Assembly (NCBI GenBank): GCA_041645165.1
Contig: JBAZQN010000005.1
Location: 19,832 to 83,831 of the forward strand
Source: Patescibacteria group bacterium
Lineage (GTDB): Bacteria; Patescibacteriota; Patescibacteriia; 2-02-FULL-49-11
Length of the DNA: 64,000 nt
Direction of reading: 5' to 3'
This document shows positions 18,266 through 28,862 of the stretch, piece by piece. Within the stretch, counting starts at the first letter, position 1; each line of letters opens with the position of its first letter. Under the pieces are notes generated by a model. The model saw nothing but the letters and a program-made list of their open reading frames with translations. It did not search any database and was not told the origin of the DNA. Position numbers and translations under genes: made by a program.

Positions 18266-20092
18266 TTATCTCAATTTCCACTGCGTCTCCACATACCATT
18301 CGTTGATATGGGAGAAGCGGTCTGAAGGAGTGGTGAGTCCTTGCAGGGAAATTCCCTGCACTTTTCTATCGACGAGATAGGAATAATAGGGAGTGAGGAG
18401 GAAGATCGCAGGGCGTTCCTGGATAAGGAGCTGCTGAAATGCCGCGTAGCTCTCGTCCCTCATTTTGAGATCTGTGGTTTTGCGCGCCTCCTCGAGTAGC
18501 TTATCGGCATCGCGGTTGGAAAAGTCTGAAAGGTTCAAGCCCCTCTCGCCGATCCCGGAGGAGTGCCAGAAGGGATAAGGATCAGGATCAATGCCGGTGG
18601 TCTCTCCGATGAGTAGCGCCTGATAGGCGCGCGGCCGGATAATATCCTGCGTGAGCCGCGCGGGATCGACGATCTCAAGATTAGTGCCTACGCCGATGCC
18701 TTGCCACTGCTTTTGGATTATTTCCGCCATGCGATACAACTCCGGTACGTTGAGAGTGGTGAGTCTGATTTGGAGATCTTGTTTTAGGGTCGCATGGTGC
18801 CGTATACTCCCTCCTTCTGGCAGGGTCCAGCCATTCGCTTCGAGCGCCGCGATTGCGCGCGGGGCATCAAAGGGCGTGGAGGTTGCATTCGCGCGGTAGC
18901 CAATGGCGCCGGGAAGCAGGGGGCCGTTGATTAACTCGCCTTGGCCTTGCAGCGCGTCAGCGAGAAGTTGTGAGCGGTCTATGGCAAGAGAGAGCGCTTC
19001 TCGCACCGCGCGAGTCGCGAGGATGTCGTTTTCTTTGGTGTTAAAGAATATAGCGGTATATTGAGGGATTTGCAGGCGATGTTGCGCGAGGCTGCTTCTT
19101 ACAGTGTGCATGTTCTCAAGCGATTCCCGCGAGATGAGTGCGAGCCCGTCGATGATTTTATTTTTTAATGCATTCACCGCGTCTGTGGTTTCTGAATAAA
19201 ATTTTATGGTCAAGGAAGTAATATACGGTGTATGCGGCACTCCTTGCGTGCGCGGGAGGAAAGTATATGAGCGTATCGCGCCGCCGGGGTCTTTGCTCAG
19301 CGATTGGAACTGGTAAGGGCCCACGCTTATCGGTTTGGTATTGAGCTCGGTGAGGAGCGCATGCTTTGGTTCGATATTTGCCCACAGGTGGGAGGGGAGC
19401 AGCCCGAGGGTGAGATTTTCAATGAAAGGGGCGGAAGGGTCTTTGAGCGTGAGACGCGCGGTGTGGCTGCCTATAGTTTCGACCGTGACTTCCTTAAAAT
19501 TCTGCTGCAGAGGGCTGTGGTACTCGGGATTCTGGATCGCCTCGAGGGTAAATTTAATATCTTCGCTCGTGACCGGCTCCCCGTCTGACCACGTGAGGTG
19601 TTCGCGTAGGGTAATGGTGTAGGTCTTCGCGTCCTCGGATACCTCTACTTTTTCTGCGAGATCCGGCTCCGGGATCCCGTGAGCGCCGAAACGGACAATC
19701 CCTGCAAAGAGCAGTTTAGTGAGGTCGCGATCCACTTCATTCGACCCTGCATAGAGGGGATTGAGGTACTGGGGCGAACCTACGATCCCTTCGGTGTAGG
19801 CGCCGCCCACCGCGGGGATGCGGGTAAATACTCTCTGCCAGAGCTGGACTGACATCCACGCGCCCGAGGCAAGGGCGATGAGGAAGAGCATCGCAAATTG
19901 CTTCCGTTCTTGGGCGTTAAGGACGCGAAAAAAATAAGTGAATTGCTTGAGGGAAGGAACACGGCGTCCGGAGAGCTGCTGGATAAGCATGTGATCAATC
20001 GTCGCGCTGGTATGCTGGCGCAACGACCCCAAGACTCGGCGCACGCCAGAGGCAAGAGCAGTTCCTACCCGTCGTAGGTAATTGCGTTTCAT
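18266..20092 (-). CDS. ABC transporter substrate-binding protein, family 5 (peptide/nickel type)
   Basis: 608 aa with an N-terminal anchor and OppA/DppA-like length and pattern. Confidence 0.75.
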   Translation of the reverse strand: MKRNYLRRVGTALASGVRRVLGSLRQHTSATIDHMLIQQLSGRRVPSLKQFTYFFRVLNAQERKQFAMLFLIALASGAWMSVQLWQRVFTRIPAVGGAYTEGIVGSPQYLNPLYAGSNEVDRDLTKLLFAGIVRFGAHGIPEPDLAEKVEVSEDAKTYTITLREHLTWSDGEPVTSEDIKFTLEAIQNPEYHSPLQQNFKEVTVETIGSHTARLTLKDPSAPFIENLTLGLLPSHLWANIEPKHALLTELNTKPISVGPYQFQSLSKDPGGAIRSYTFLPRTQGVPHTPYITSLTIKFYSETTDAVNALKNKIIDGLALISRESLENMHTVRSSLAQHRLQIPQYTAIFFNTKENDILATRAVREALSLAIDRSQLLADALQGQGELINGPLLPGAIGYRANATSTPFDAPRAIAALEANGWTLPEGGSIRHHATLKQDLQIRLTTLNVPELYRMAEIIQKQWQGIGVGTNLEIVDPARLTQDIIRPRAYQALLIGETTGIDPDPYPFWHSSGIGERGLNLSDFSNRDADKLLEEARKTTDLKMRDESYAAFQQLLIQERPAIFLLTPYYSYLVDRKVQGISLQGLTTPSDRFSHINEWYVETQWKLR

Positions 20093-20121
20093 TCTTAGAG
20101 AATTGATTATTGGAGAGAGAC

Positions 20122-20349
20122 TTAGACGTTGGCTTCGATGAGGATCCTGACAATCCCCACTATGAAGAAGAGGACCGCGGTCACCACGGTGGCGATGAAG
20201 ATGAATTTTTCCGCGCCGCGCCGTACGCCGTACACCTCGCCTGATCCGCCAAACGCCATGCCCATGCCGCTTCCGCGCTGCTGGAGCAATACCTCAATGA
20301 TAAGGAGGACCGCCAATATGGCCTGCACAATACTGAGCGTATTGTTCAT
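20122..20349 (-). CDS. secG: Preprotein translocase subunit SecG
   Basis: 75 aa with two TM helices flanking the LLQQRGSGMGMAFGGSGE signature. Confidence 0.8.
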   Translation of the reverse strand: MNNTLSIVQAILAVLLIIEVLLQQRGSGMGMAFGGSGEVYGVRRGAEKFIFIATVVTAVLFFIVGIVRILIEANV

Positions 20350-20555
20350 AACAACAAGAGGAGTATAACACGCACACGTTTAGGCGCCGTAAAAAAATAA
20401 CATATCCAACCTATTGACATTATAGTTCCGGAAAACAAGGCCAAACCTTGTAGTTAAAAGAAATGTTATTTTTTAAGCGCCCTTAAGGAAGTGCGTGAAT
20501 ATCACACTAAATAGAAGATTCTGAATAACGAGAGAATTGTGACATATCTACCCTA

Positions 20556-23033
20556 TCACAAAACACCCCAATGCGTCAAATGCTTGATGAGGATGAACGC
20601 CTTGCGGCTGCCGATTAGGGCGCTTAATTCTTCGCGGGAAACGCGCCGCAGGGCTTCCACCGATCCATAGGTGGTAAGGAGCAGTTGTCTGGTTTTGGGG
20701 CCGATGCTTGGGAGCGCGTCAAGGCGCGAGAGAGTGAGCTGTTTCGCATGGCGGCTGCGGTAGTGAGTGATAGCGAAACGGTGCGCTTCATCGCGCACGC
20801 GGTCAAGGAGGAGGAGCGCGGGGCTGGAGGGAGGTAGTTTAATGATCGTTCGGATTTCTCGTTGCAAAACACGCCAGTCGTTCGGACTGCCCGCAGAAAA
20901 AGACGCGGTTGACTTCCCCAGCGAGGAAGTCACCGCTCGGCTCTCGGCTTCGCTCGCCCCGCCCGGCGGGGCGCCATGCCCGCGAAGCCTCCGAGACGCT
21001 TTTTCTTTCGGGCGATCCTCACTGAAGGAGTTGAGTGTGGATGGTTTTGTAACGGTAATCCTCTCTCTCGTGAGTGTAAAAATTGTCTCACCCGCGCGCG
21101 GTTTTCTTCCTCGCCCCTTTGCAAGGGAGAGGAGAGGGATGTCGAGCGCATATTCGGCAAGCACCGCGTGCGTTGCATTGAGTTGGGGCACGCCGCCGTC
21201 AATGACAATAAGGTCGGGCAACGGCCATTGGTCAGTTTGTCGGTTTGTCGGTTTGTCAGTTGCCAGTTTGTGAGTGGATGAGTGTCTGCGTAAATCCGCA
21301 CTTGATCCGCGTTGACTTGCCTGCGCAGGCGGGTCTGCGACACTATGGGAGAGGCGGCGGCGGAGGACTTCGGCAAGCATCGCAGGATCATTGCTTCCTG
21401 TGACTGTTTTGATGACGAACCGCCGGTAGGCGGAAGGGTGGAGGACGCCCTGCGCGAGCACGGTCATGGCGCCGACCGCATACGATCCTTGGATATTGGA
21501 AATGTCATAGGCTTCAATGCGCGCGGGGGGGAGAGGAAGATGCAGAAGATTTTGGAGCGTCTCAAGGCTCTCGCGCGCCTGCGCAGACGCGCGCGCTTCG
21601 ATGCCGCCGCGGCGCATCAGTTCTTGGCGCGCATTTTCCTGACCCATCAAGATAAGCTTTTTCTTTTTGCCGCGTTTGGGGACTGCCACCATAATGCGCC
21701 CGGGGAGCGGCGAGAGAAGAGGAAGCGCGGTGTATACTTGCGGCGGAATGTCGCCAGTGCGGGCATAGTAGAGGCTGATAAACGCTTCGAGCGCTTCCTG
21801 TTCATTGGCGCCTTCTGCGTGGGCAAGGGGGAATAGGAGCCGTTCAGTGAGCGCGCCGTCACGGATTTTAAAAAGGTTTACCATGAAATGCGCGCCCTCG
21901 CGCGCCGCGCTCATGATGTCATAGGATTCCCTTTTTACGCTCACGATGGATTGGCGGGCGGTGATGGCACGCAGCGCGGCGATTTGGTCCCGCAGTTTTG
22001 CCGCAGATTCATATCGTCGCTCATCCGACTCCCTCTGCATCTGACTTTTGAGTTGCGCAATAAGCGTGCCGTAATGCCCGCGGAAGAAGGGGAGCATGCG
22101 GCGGATGATGCGCGTGTAGTGGGCAGGGCTCACGATGCCGACGCAGGCGCCGGGGCAGCGGCCGAGGTGGTAATTGAAACAAGGGCGAGAAGGGGGATGT
22201 GGTGAAGGCAGAGCACGATCGTTCGCGGCCACACGATTTTCTTGCTGCGGAACTCGATAGTCCGCTCGGGCTATTCTTGGTGAAACACGCCAGTCGTTCG
22301 GACTGCCCGCAGAAAAAGACGCGGTTGACTTCCCCAGCAAGGAAGTCACCGCTCGGCTCTCGGCTTCGCTCGCCCCGCCCGGCGGGGCGCCATGCCCGCG
22401 AAGCCTCCGAGACGCTTTTTCTTTCGGGCGATCCTCACTGAAGGAGTTGAGTGTGGAGGGTTTCATGAGAATATCCCTAGCTGAGGGAAAAGTATTTCGT
22501 CCGCCTATGCGAGAAGGGGAAGAGAAGGAAGAGGGTGGTTCGGTGCAGTACGGGAAGATGCGTTTGGCGAGGCGGAGCGCGGTGTAGGCGTGGCGCGCGG
22601 AAGTGTAGGGGCCGAAGAGAATGGAGTGCGAGCGCTTGGGGAGCAAGGGGCGGCGCACGGTAGAGACGTCAGCCCACGCGCGGTCGAAATCGAATTTTAT
22701 ATAGACGTAGGATTTATCGTCCGCGAGTATGATGTTATAGGGCGGATGGTGGCGTTTGATGAGTTCTGCTTCAAGAAGCAGCGCTTCGGTTTCATTGGAC
22801 ACGAGTATCGTTTCGAGAGAGGCGATGCTGTTCACCATGAGCTGCTTTTGGGGAGAAAGTTTAAGCGAGGGGGCGACGGTCTTTTTTGTCACGCGGAAAT
22901 AGGAGCGGACGCGGCTGAGTAACCGTTTCGCCTTGCCGATATAGAGAATATTCCCCTTCCCATCTCGGAAAAGATATACCCCCGGGCGAGGGGGTAGGGT
23001 GCGCAATTGGTCAAGGAGGCTCTTTGGTGGCAT
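20556..23033 (-). CDS. uvrC: Excinuclease ABC subunit C carrying in-frame repeat-element insertions
   Basis: GIY-YIG (GVYLFRDGKGNILYIGKAKRL), RPCFNYHLGRCPGACVG, the endonuclease domain and (HhH)2 are present. At 825 aa it exceeds the usual ~600 aa because of two identical 60-aa insertions plus a third repeat-derived insertion. Confidence 0.9.
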   Translation of the reverse strand: MPPKSLLDQLRTLPPRPGVYLFRDGKGNILYIGKAKRLLSRVRSYFRVTKKTVAPSLKLSPQKQLMVNSIASLETILVSNETEALLLEAELIKRHHPPYNIILADDKSYVYIKFDFDRAWADVSTVRRPLLPKRSHSILFGPYTSARHAYTALRLAKRIFPYCTEPPSSFSSPSRIGGRNTFPSARDILMKPSTLNSFSEDRPKEKASRRLRGHGAPPGGASEAESRAVTSLLGKSTASFSAGSPNDWRVSPRIARADYRVPQQENRVAANDRALPSPHPPSRPCFNYHLGRCPGACVGIVSPAHYTRIIRRMLPFFRGHYGTLIAQLKSQMQRESDERRYESAAKLRDQIAALRAITARQSIVSVKRESYDIMSAAREGAHFMVNLFKIRDGALTERLLFPLAHAEGANEQEALEAFISLYYARTGDIPPQVYTALPLLSPLPGRIMVAVPKRGKKKKLILMGQENARQELMRRGGIEARASAQARESLETLQNLLHLPLPPARIEAYDISNIQGSYAVGAMTVLAQGVLHPSAYRRFVIKTVTGSNDPAMLAEVLRRRLSHSVADPPAQASQRGSSADLRRHSSTHKLATDKPTNRQTDQWPLPDLIVIDGGVPQLNATHAVLAEYALDIPLLSLAKGRGRKPRAGETIFTLTRERITVTKPSTLNSFSEDRPKEKASRRLRGHGAPPGGASEAESRAVTSSLGKSTASFSAGSPNDWRVLQREIRTIIKLPPSSPALLLLDRVRDEAHRFAITHYRSRHAKQLTLSRLDALPSIGPKTRQLLLTTYGSVEALRRVSREELSALIGSRKAFILIKHLTHWGVL
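20866..21046. repeat. 181-bp palindrome-rich repeat, copy 1, in frame inside uvrC
   Basis: Identical apart from 2 SNPs to 22284-22464. It contains palindromes GACTTCC..GGAAGTC and CGCCCCGCC-CGG-CGGGGCG and encodes KPSTLNSFSEDRPKEKASRRLRGHGAPPGGASEAESRAVTSLLGKSTASFSAGSPNDWRV. Confidence 0.9.
22284..22464. repeat. 181-bp palindrome-rich repeat, copy 2, in frame inside uvrC
   Basis: Second copy 1.4 kb from the first, same reading frame, translated as the same 60-aa peptide inside the UvrC endonuclease domain. Confidence 0.9.
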
Positions 23034-23296
23034 ACTTACCTTATAACGCGTTTCAATCTTCCGCGTGCTTCTGCGTAATAATCAGCGTTCTTCCGCTTCT
23101 AATCTTCATAGAAGCAGACCCACCTGCCAGCGCCTTTGATTATGAGCACACTGTAGTATGATTATAGGTTTAGCGTCACGGTCGCATCTCATATCAGGGG
23201 ATAGGCCATGGCGGGCAGGTATACGCAGAAAGTTAGGCAGATTTACGCAGATATTGAATTACGAATCATAGTGTAACCATTTAACTTTAACGCCTT

Positions 23297-23749
23297 ATGG
23301 ACATTAAAACAATCATGACCAAAAATGTAATTTCCTGTAATCTCGAAACCACGGTGGCGGAGATTGCGCGCTTGCTTTTTGACCACAACCTCACGGGGAT
23401 GCCAGTGGTGGATAAGGCCGGGAAAGTGGTCGGTATTGTGACAGAGTATGACCTCATGAGCAAGAATATGGGGGTGCATATCCCCACCTATATGAGGCTT
23501 CTTGAATCGTTGGGGCAGAGCGAGGTGGGCACGAGGATTCGGGACGAGCTTGAAGCGATCTTGCGCACGACTGCGCGGGAGATTATGACTGACAAGGCAG
23601 TCACGGTGCGTCCTGACAGCACGGTCGAGAGCGCGGCGCTTATTTTCAGTGAACAGCGGATCAATCCATTGCCGGTGGTGGATAAGGCAGGCACGCTCGT
23701 GGGTATTGTCTCGCGTGCGGATATCGTAAAATTATTTAAGAAGAAGTGA
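23297..23749 (+). CDS. CBS-domain pair protein
   Basis: Two CBS motifs (MPVVDKAGKVVGIVTEYDL and LPVVDKAGTLVGIVSRADI). Confidence 0.8.
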   Translation: MDIKTIMTKNVISCNLETTVAEIARLLFDHNLTGMPVVDKAGKVVGIVTEYDLMSKNMGVHIPTYMRLLESLGQSEVGTRIRDELEAILRTTAREIMTDKAVTVRPDSTVESAALIFSEQRINPLPVVDKAGTLVGIVSRADIVKLFKKK

Positions 23750-23777
23750 TCGGACTCTAGGGTATTGTAATCTCTAG

Positions 23778-23812
23778 GCAGGCGGTGTATACTGCCTGCC
23801 GTTTGTTATCCC
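23778..23812 (+). terminator. Putative rho-independent terminator after the CBS gene
   Basis: GGCAGGC-ggtgtatact-GCCTGCC hairpin followed by gtttgttat. Confidence 0.45.
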
Positions 23813-24044
23813 TTCATTTATTCATGGGCCAGGAGTTACTATAGTTGAAACACACAACACATAACCCTCGTAAGTGCTCATGTAAAAATTTTCAATTCTC
23901 AATTTCTCCCCCTACGGGGGATCTCCCGAAGGGGGACAATTTTCAATCAATATCTCAATGTCATAATTTTCAAACATTGAAACATTGATGCATTGTAAAT
24001 TATTTGAAAATTGATGCTTGAAAATTAAAAATTATCAATTTGTT

Positions 24045-27000
24045 ATGGACGCTATTGTCATAAAAGGCGCGCGGGTGCACAATCTCAAAAACATGGACGT
24101 GGAGATTCCGCGCGACAAGTTCGTGGTGCTCACCGGCATCTCCGGTTCGGGCAAATCTTCACTTGCGTTCGACACCATTTACGCGGAAGGGCAGCGCCGG
24201 TACGTGGAGTCGCTCTCTGCGTACGCGCGCCAGTTCCTTGGACTCATGGACAAACCTGACGTGGACGACATCAGGGGCTTATCACCTGCCATTTCCATTG
24301 ACCAGAAATCCGTGTCCCATAATCCGCGCTCGACCGTGGGCACGGTCACGGAAATTTATGATTATCTCCGGCTCCTCTGGGCGCGCGTGGGGCACCCGCA
24401 TTGCCCGCAATGCGGCAGGGAGGTGGTGCGCCAATCCGTGGATCAGATCATCAGCCAGCTCCTGAAAAGCCCGGAAGGCGCGGCGTGCGCCATATTCGGC
24501 CCGGTGGTGCGCGACAAAAAAGGCGAGCACAAAAACGTGCTCAGAGAAATCGCGCGGGCGGGATTCGCGCGCGTGCGCATGGACGGCGCCCTTATGACCT
24601 CTGAAGAAGCGCTGGACGCGGCGATCGACAAGCAGCGCAAACATACGCTCGAGGCGCTCGTGGATGAGATACCAGTCACGCGGACCCTGCGGGAAGAGCA
24701 GGAGCGCGGCGCGCAGACACAAAGCGCGCGTGCGCGCAACGCTGCCGCGTCATTCACCGCGAAGATCAACCTCTACCAGAAGCAGAAAAAGGACATAGCC
24801 TCGATGAGCGAGGGGGGAGAGCGCTCGCGCCTTGCCCAGTCTCTGGAAACGGCGCTTGATCTCGGGGACGGTTTCGTGACCGTGGAGGTGCGTCGCGGCG
24901 AGACATCGGAATCGCTGGTATTCTCCGAGCATTTTGCCTGCCCTGTCTGCGGCGTGAGCCTGCCTGACCTTGAGCCAAGGCTTTTTTCATTCAATTCTCC
25001 GCATGGCGCGTGCCCCGGGTGCACGGGCTTGGGCACCAAGCTTGAGGTTGATGCAGAGCTCGTCATTCCCAATCCAGGGCTTACCATCGCGCAGGGCGCG
25101 ATCCGCCCATGGTCGCGCACAGGCACCAACGCCCCGTGGTACATGAGGATCGTGGAAGGGGTGGCCCATGTGCACGGTTTTTCCGTCCACACGCCCATTA
25201 AAAATCTCACGAAGAATCAATACGACCTCTTGCTCCTCGGCACAGGCGACCGCACGTACAAAATCGATTATGAGAGTGATTCGTTTACCGGAGATTACCA
25301 GACTCATTTTGAAGGAGTGATTCCCAACCTTGAGCGCCGCTACCGCGAGACTGAATCCGACTATATCCGCGCCGAGATCGAGCGCTATATGCGGGTGCTG
25401 CCCTGCCCCGTCTGCGCGGGCAAGCGGCTGAAATCTGCCGCGCTCGCCGTTACGGTGCGCGGAAAATCAATTTATGATGTCACCTCCCTGACTATCGAAC
25501 AGGCGCTTGCCTTTTTCTCAAGCCTCAAAGGTGAGGCTGCGCCTGCCGCACACAGTGCGCGCCGCGCGGCCGTCTTAGATTCTCACAACGACATTCCAAA
25601 TTTTCCGCGCCCATCAGCGTCCGGTCAGCGTGAGTCCGCGACAGACGCCGCGTTAACGGAGCGGGAGCGCACGATCAGCAGCCAGATCCTGAAAGAGATT
25701 TTAGAGCGGCTGAAATTCCTCCTCAATGTGGGGCTCACCTATCTCACGCTCGACCGGTCCGCGTCCACGTTATCGGGCGGCGAGTCGCAGCGGATTCGCC
25801 TTGCCACGCAGATCGGCTCCCAGCTCTCGGGCGTCATCTACATTTTGGACGAGCCGTCGATAGGCCTCCACCAGCGCGATAACGCAAAGCTCATCAAGAC
25901 GCTCAAAAGCTTACGCGATTTAGGGAATACGGTTCTCGTGGTGGAGCACGATGAGGAAACCATCAGGTCCGCGGACTATGTGATCGACATCGGGCCTGGC
26001 GCAGGCGCCCATGGCGGCCACGTCGTGGCTCAGGGCACCCCTCTTCAGGTCGCGCGCCATTCCACTTCGCTCACCGGCGCTTACCTTTCGGGGAAGAAGA
26101 TGATTGATCTGCCTCATGAGTACCGCCGCGGCAACGGCAAGTACCTGGTCGTGAAAGGCGCGCGCGCGTTTAATTTAAAAAATATCAATGTCACCGTGCC
26201 TTTGGGGAAACTGGTGTGCATTACCGGCGTGTCCGGCTCCGGCAAATCCACGCTCATGACGGAAATCCTGGCGAAATCCCTGCTGCAGCAGTTTTGGGGC
26301 GCGCGCGAACAGCCTGCGGCGCATGACGCGGTGCTGGGCACGGAATTTCTGGACAAAGTGATTGTCATCGACCAGTCTCCCATCGGCCGGACGCCGCGTT
26401 CGAATCCCGCGACCTACACCGGCGTCTTTACACCCATCCGCGAGCTGTTTACGCAGGTGCCGGAAGCGCGCATGCGCGGCTACCGGCCGGGCAGGTTCAG
26501 CTTTAATGTGCGCGGCGGGCGGTGCGAAGCGTGCCAGGGCGACGGGCTCGTGCGGATTGAGATGCATTTTTTGCCGGACGTGTACGTGGAGTGCGAAGAG
26601 TGCGGGGGCAAGCGCTACAACCGCGAGGCGCTCGAGATCCATTACCGCGGCAGGACCATCGCGGACGTGCTTGCCATGACCGTGGAGGAAGCCGAGAATT
26701 TTTTCCACGACATTCCGCCCATCCGCGAGAAGCTCACCACACTCACGAGCGTGGGCCTCGGCTACATTACGCTCGGCCAGTCGGCGACGACCTTGTCAGG
26801 CGGCGAGGCGCAGCGCATCAAGCTGTCCTCCGAGCTTTCACGGCGCTCCACGGGCAAGACCCTCTATATCCTTGATGAGCCGACGACAGGTTTGCATTTT
26901 GAAGACGTGAAAAGGCTCTTAGGTGTTTTGCAGAAGCTCGTGGATCGCGGCAATACGGTCCTCGTGATTGAGCACAATCTCGATGTCATCAAGAGCGCGG

Positions 27001-27137
27001 ATTGGATTATTGATCTGGGGCCGGAAGGCGGGGATGCAGGCGGCCGCATCGTGGCGGAAGGAACGCCCAAAGAAGTGGCAAAGATCAAGACAAGCTTTAC
27101 GGGCCAGTATTTGAAGAAAATGTTCATGAAGGAGTAA
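24045..27137 (+). CDS. uvrA: Excinuclease ABC subunit A (with two lineage-specific insertions)
   Basis: [51 protein letters not shown] and both ABC modules are present. The ORF track starts at an upstream TTG (24018), but ATG 24045 matches the canonical UvrA N-terminus. About 90 aa are extra relative to typical UvrA. Confidence 0.95.
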   Translation: MDAIVIKGARVHNLKNMDVEIPRDKFVVLTGISGSGKSSLAFDTIYAEGQRRYVESLSAYARQFLGLMDKPDVDDIRGLSPAISIDQKSVSHNPRSTVGTVTEIYDYLRLLWARVGHPHCPQCGREVVRQSVDQIISQLLKSPEGAACAIFGPVVRDKKGEHKNVLREIARAGFARVRMDGALMTSEEALDAAIDKQRKHTLEALVDEIPVTRTLREEQERGAQTQSARARNAAASFTAKINLYQKQKKDIASMSEGGERSRLAQSLETALDLGDGFVTVEVRRGETSESLVFSEHFACPVCGVSLPDLEPRLFSFNSPHGACPGCTGLGTKLEVDAELVIPNPGLTIAQGAIRPWSRTGTNAPWYMRIVEGVAHVHGFSVHTPIKNLTKNQYDLLLLGTGDRTYKIDYESDSFTGDYQTHFEGVIPNLERRYRETESDYIRAEIERYMRVLPCPVCAGKRLKSAALAVTVRGKSIYDVTSLTIEQALAFFSSLKGEAAPAAHSARRAAVLDSHNDIPNFPRPSASGQRESATDAALTERERTISSQILKEILERLKFLLNVGLTYLTLDRSASTLSGGESQRIRLATQIGSQLSGVIYILDEPSIGLHQRDNAKLIKTLKSLRDLGNTVLVVEHDEETIRSADYVIDIGPGAGAHGGHVVAQGTPLQVARHSTSLTGAYLSGKKMIDLPHEYRRGNGKYLVVKGARAFNLKNINVTVPLGKLVCITGVSGSGKSTLMTEILAKSLLQQFWGAREQPAAHDAVLGTEFLDKVIVIDQSPIGRTPRSNPATYTGVFTPIRELFTQVPEARMRGYRPGRFSFNVRGGRCEACQGDGLVRIEMHFLPDVYVECEECGGKRYNREALEIHYRGRTIADVLAMTVEEAENFFHDIPPIREKLTTLTSVGLGYITLGQSATTLSGGEAQRIKLSSELSRRSTGKTLYILDEPTTGLHFEDVKRLLGVLQKLVDRGNTVLVIEHNLDVIKSADWIIDLGPEGGDAGGRIVAEGTPKEVAKIKTSFTGQYLKKMFMKE

Positions 27138-27671
27138 AAAGCGACGTTTTTCATTTTTTCTGCGTAAGTCAGCGGTGACGTCTCCGCCAGAGGCGGATCC
27201 GCCTATGGCGTGAAGCGTAAGTCAGCGGTTAGTGCTAGAGGATGACTTGTCAGTTTTTTTAGGCGGGTTTACACTTACCACCAGATGGCCCGTCCTCTCC
27301 ACAATTTAGGTAATAGGTTATCGCAGATCATTTCCCCTGCGCCGGCTTTTGAGTCTTTCCTCGTCCGCCGGTTTTTGTTGCTTTAAGCATTCTCCTGCTT
27401 TTCTGGTTTTTCTCAGCTCACTCAACAGATTTTTGAGAAAGTCGTCCAGAGCATGCATTATCCATCAAAGATAGAGAAAAGTATTACCATTCCGATCAAT
27501 GCGGCCATCAAACTCCTAGAGCGGGGGCAGGTGAGCTTAGCTGGCACCGTTCTTAAGACGCTCGTTGCATACCTTAACGTCCTCGCCGATAAGCATCTTA
27601 TTCCTCAACAAGATGCCATTAATTTTATCCAAACCATCGAGCAGATAAGGAGCTCGTTGTAATTCCAAATT

Positions 27672-28109
27672 ATGAATAAAAATTTTATAAAAATATTATT
27701 AGGGCTTTCTCTGTGCGGTTGTGTTGCGGGTTATATTTTGTGGTTTCCAGAGAAATTCGGAGTTTGTGCTCCTCAGGATCGATTTAGTTGTATTTATCCT
27801 CTGAGCGAACGTATTGGACAACCTCTCTTAATACTTATGTCAGGTTTGAGTATCGTTTCCTTCATATTATTATTTCTTCCAATTGTAATTTATCCCGTCT
27901 GGAAGAAATTTGTTTTTATCATTTCTCCTTTGGTATTATTATGGGTTATTTTTACCCCAGTGCAATGTAGCGGATTATTGGGAGCGTGTTTTGATAAAAA
28001 GCTTACGTCACTGGTGTCTACCGTAATATTCATAATTGGTAGCCTAACTGTATTTATAATTAAGTACATCTCTATCATCCGTGAGAAAAGAAGGGACATG
28101 GATGTATAA
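27672..28109 (+). CDS. Hypothetical small membrane protein (4 TM)
   Basis: Hydrophobic ORF in the AT-rich island. Confidence 0.4.
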   Translation: MNKNFIKILLGLSLCGCVAGYILWFPEKFGVCAPQDRFSCIYPLSERIGQPLLILMSGLSIVSFILLFLPIVIYPVWKKFVFIISPLVLLWVIFTPVQCSGLLGACFDKKLTSLVSTVIFIIGSLTVFIIKYISIIREKRRDMDV

Positions 28110-28245
28110 ATAGAAGACATAATTTAAAAATACTGCCCTATTAAAAAGGCAGTGGAGCAAATACCCCCGCTTCCCACCCCACCGCAGCCATTGCCGCTAA
28201 GGTCAAATAAGCATTCATCGCCACCATCAATAGTATAATAAGCCA

Positions 28246-28527
28246 ATGACAACATTAACAAAGAATAGTCTATATTCAATAATAGTTATTTTACTTGCAC
28301 TAGACATGCTGTTTTGGTATGGAGCTAAAAGAGATATTGAATTTATTACCGATCTAAAAGTTATAATTTTCTTCATCGCGTTTATAGGATTTGCTTTTTC
28401 GTACTACCTCTTATATAAAACGGACATCAAACACAAGGCAGTTTTGAACATTGTCATCACTATCGGCGTGCTCATCAATTTAAGATTCATTTTCCTCTGG
28501 TATATGCTTAAAGATTTTGGATTTTAA
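28246..28527 (+). CDS. Small membrane protein, paralog 1 of a tandem trio (C-terminal ...WYMLKDFGF)
   Basis: 93 aa, about 65% identical to the ORF at 28863-29141. Confidence 0.5.
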   Translation: MTTLTKNSLYSIIVILLALDMLFWYGAKRDIEFITDLKVIIFFIAFIGFAFSYYLLYKTDIKHKAVLNIVITIGVLINLRFIFLWYMLKDFGF

Positions 28528-28570
28528 TAGTAGTTATTTTCAAAGATATCTCCGGAATAATTTGTGTAAT

Positions 28571-28843
28571 ATGAAATATATATCATTGTATTTTTTGATC
28601 ATCATCTTTTTTGCTTTGCATGGAGTCTTTAATGTGGTAAACAAAAACAATATCTCTGAAACACGCCCTTTGTCTTGGTTGTTGATATTTTTAAGTTTTC
28701 TGGGATTTATCTGGGTAGTATACTACACTAAAAAGAATACCCTTCGGTTTAAATATATACCCTATATACTTTCTACTGTTGGTATCTTGCTCGCATTTGC
28801 ACAAGTTATTTTCTGGTACCTATTTAAAGACTTTGGGTTTTAA
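28571..28843 (+). CDS. Small membrane protein, paralog 2 (C-terminal ...WYLFKDFGF)
   Basis: A divergent middle copy. The start is taken at the internal Met (MKYISLYF). Confidence 0.45.
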   Translation: MKYISLYFLIIIFFALHGVFNVVNKNNISETRPLSWLLIFLSFLGFIWVVYYTKKNTLRFKYIPYILSTVGILLAFAQVIFWYLFKDFGF

Positions 28844-28862
28844 ATACAGCGAGGTTGATACT

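Noticed and set aside
20767-22922. Plus-strand ORFs within uvrC (20767-21273, 21312-21836, 21888-22205, 22590-22922).
   Set aside because: They are antisense to an intact UvrC homolog with all domains and have GC-rich shadow-frame composition.
24282-26875. Numerous internal and antisense ORFs within uvrA (for example 24282-24722, 26175-26708).
   Set aside because: Shadow ORFs in a GC-rich gene; the UvrA frame is unambiguous.
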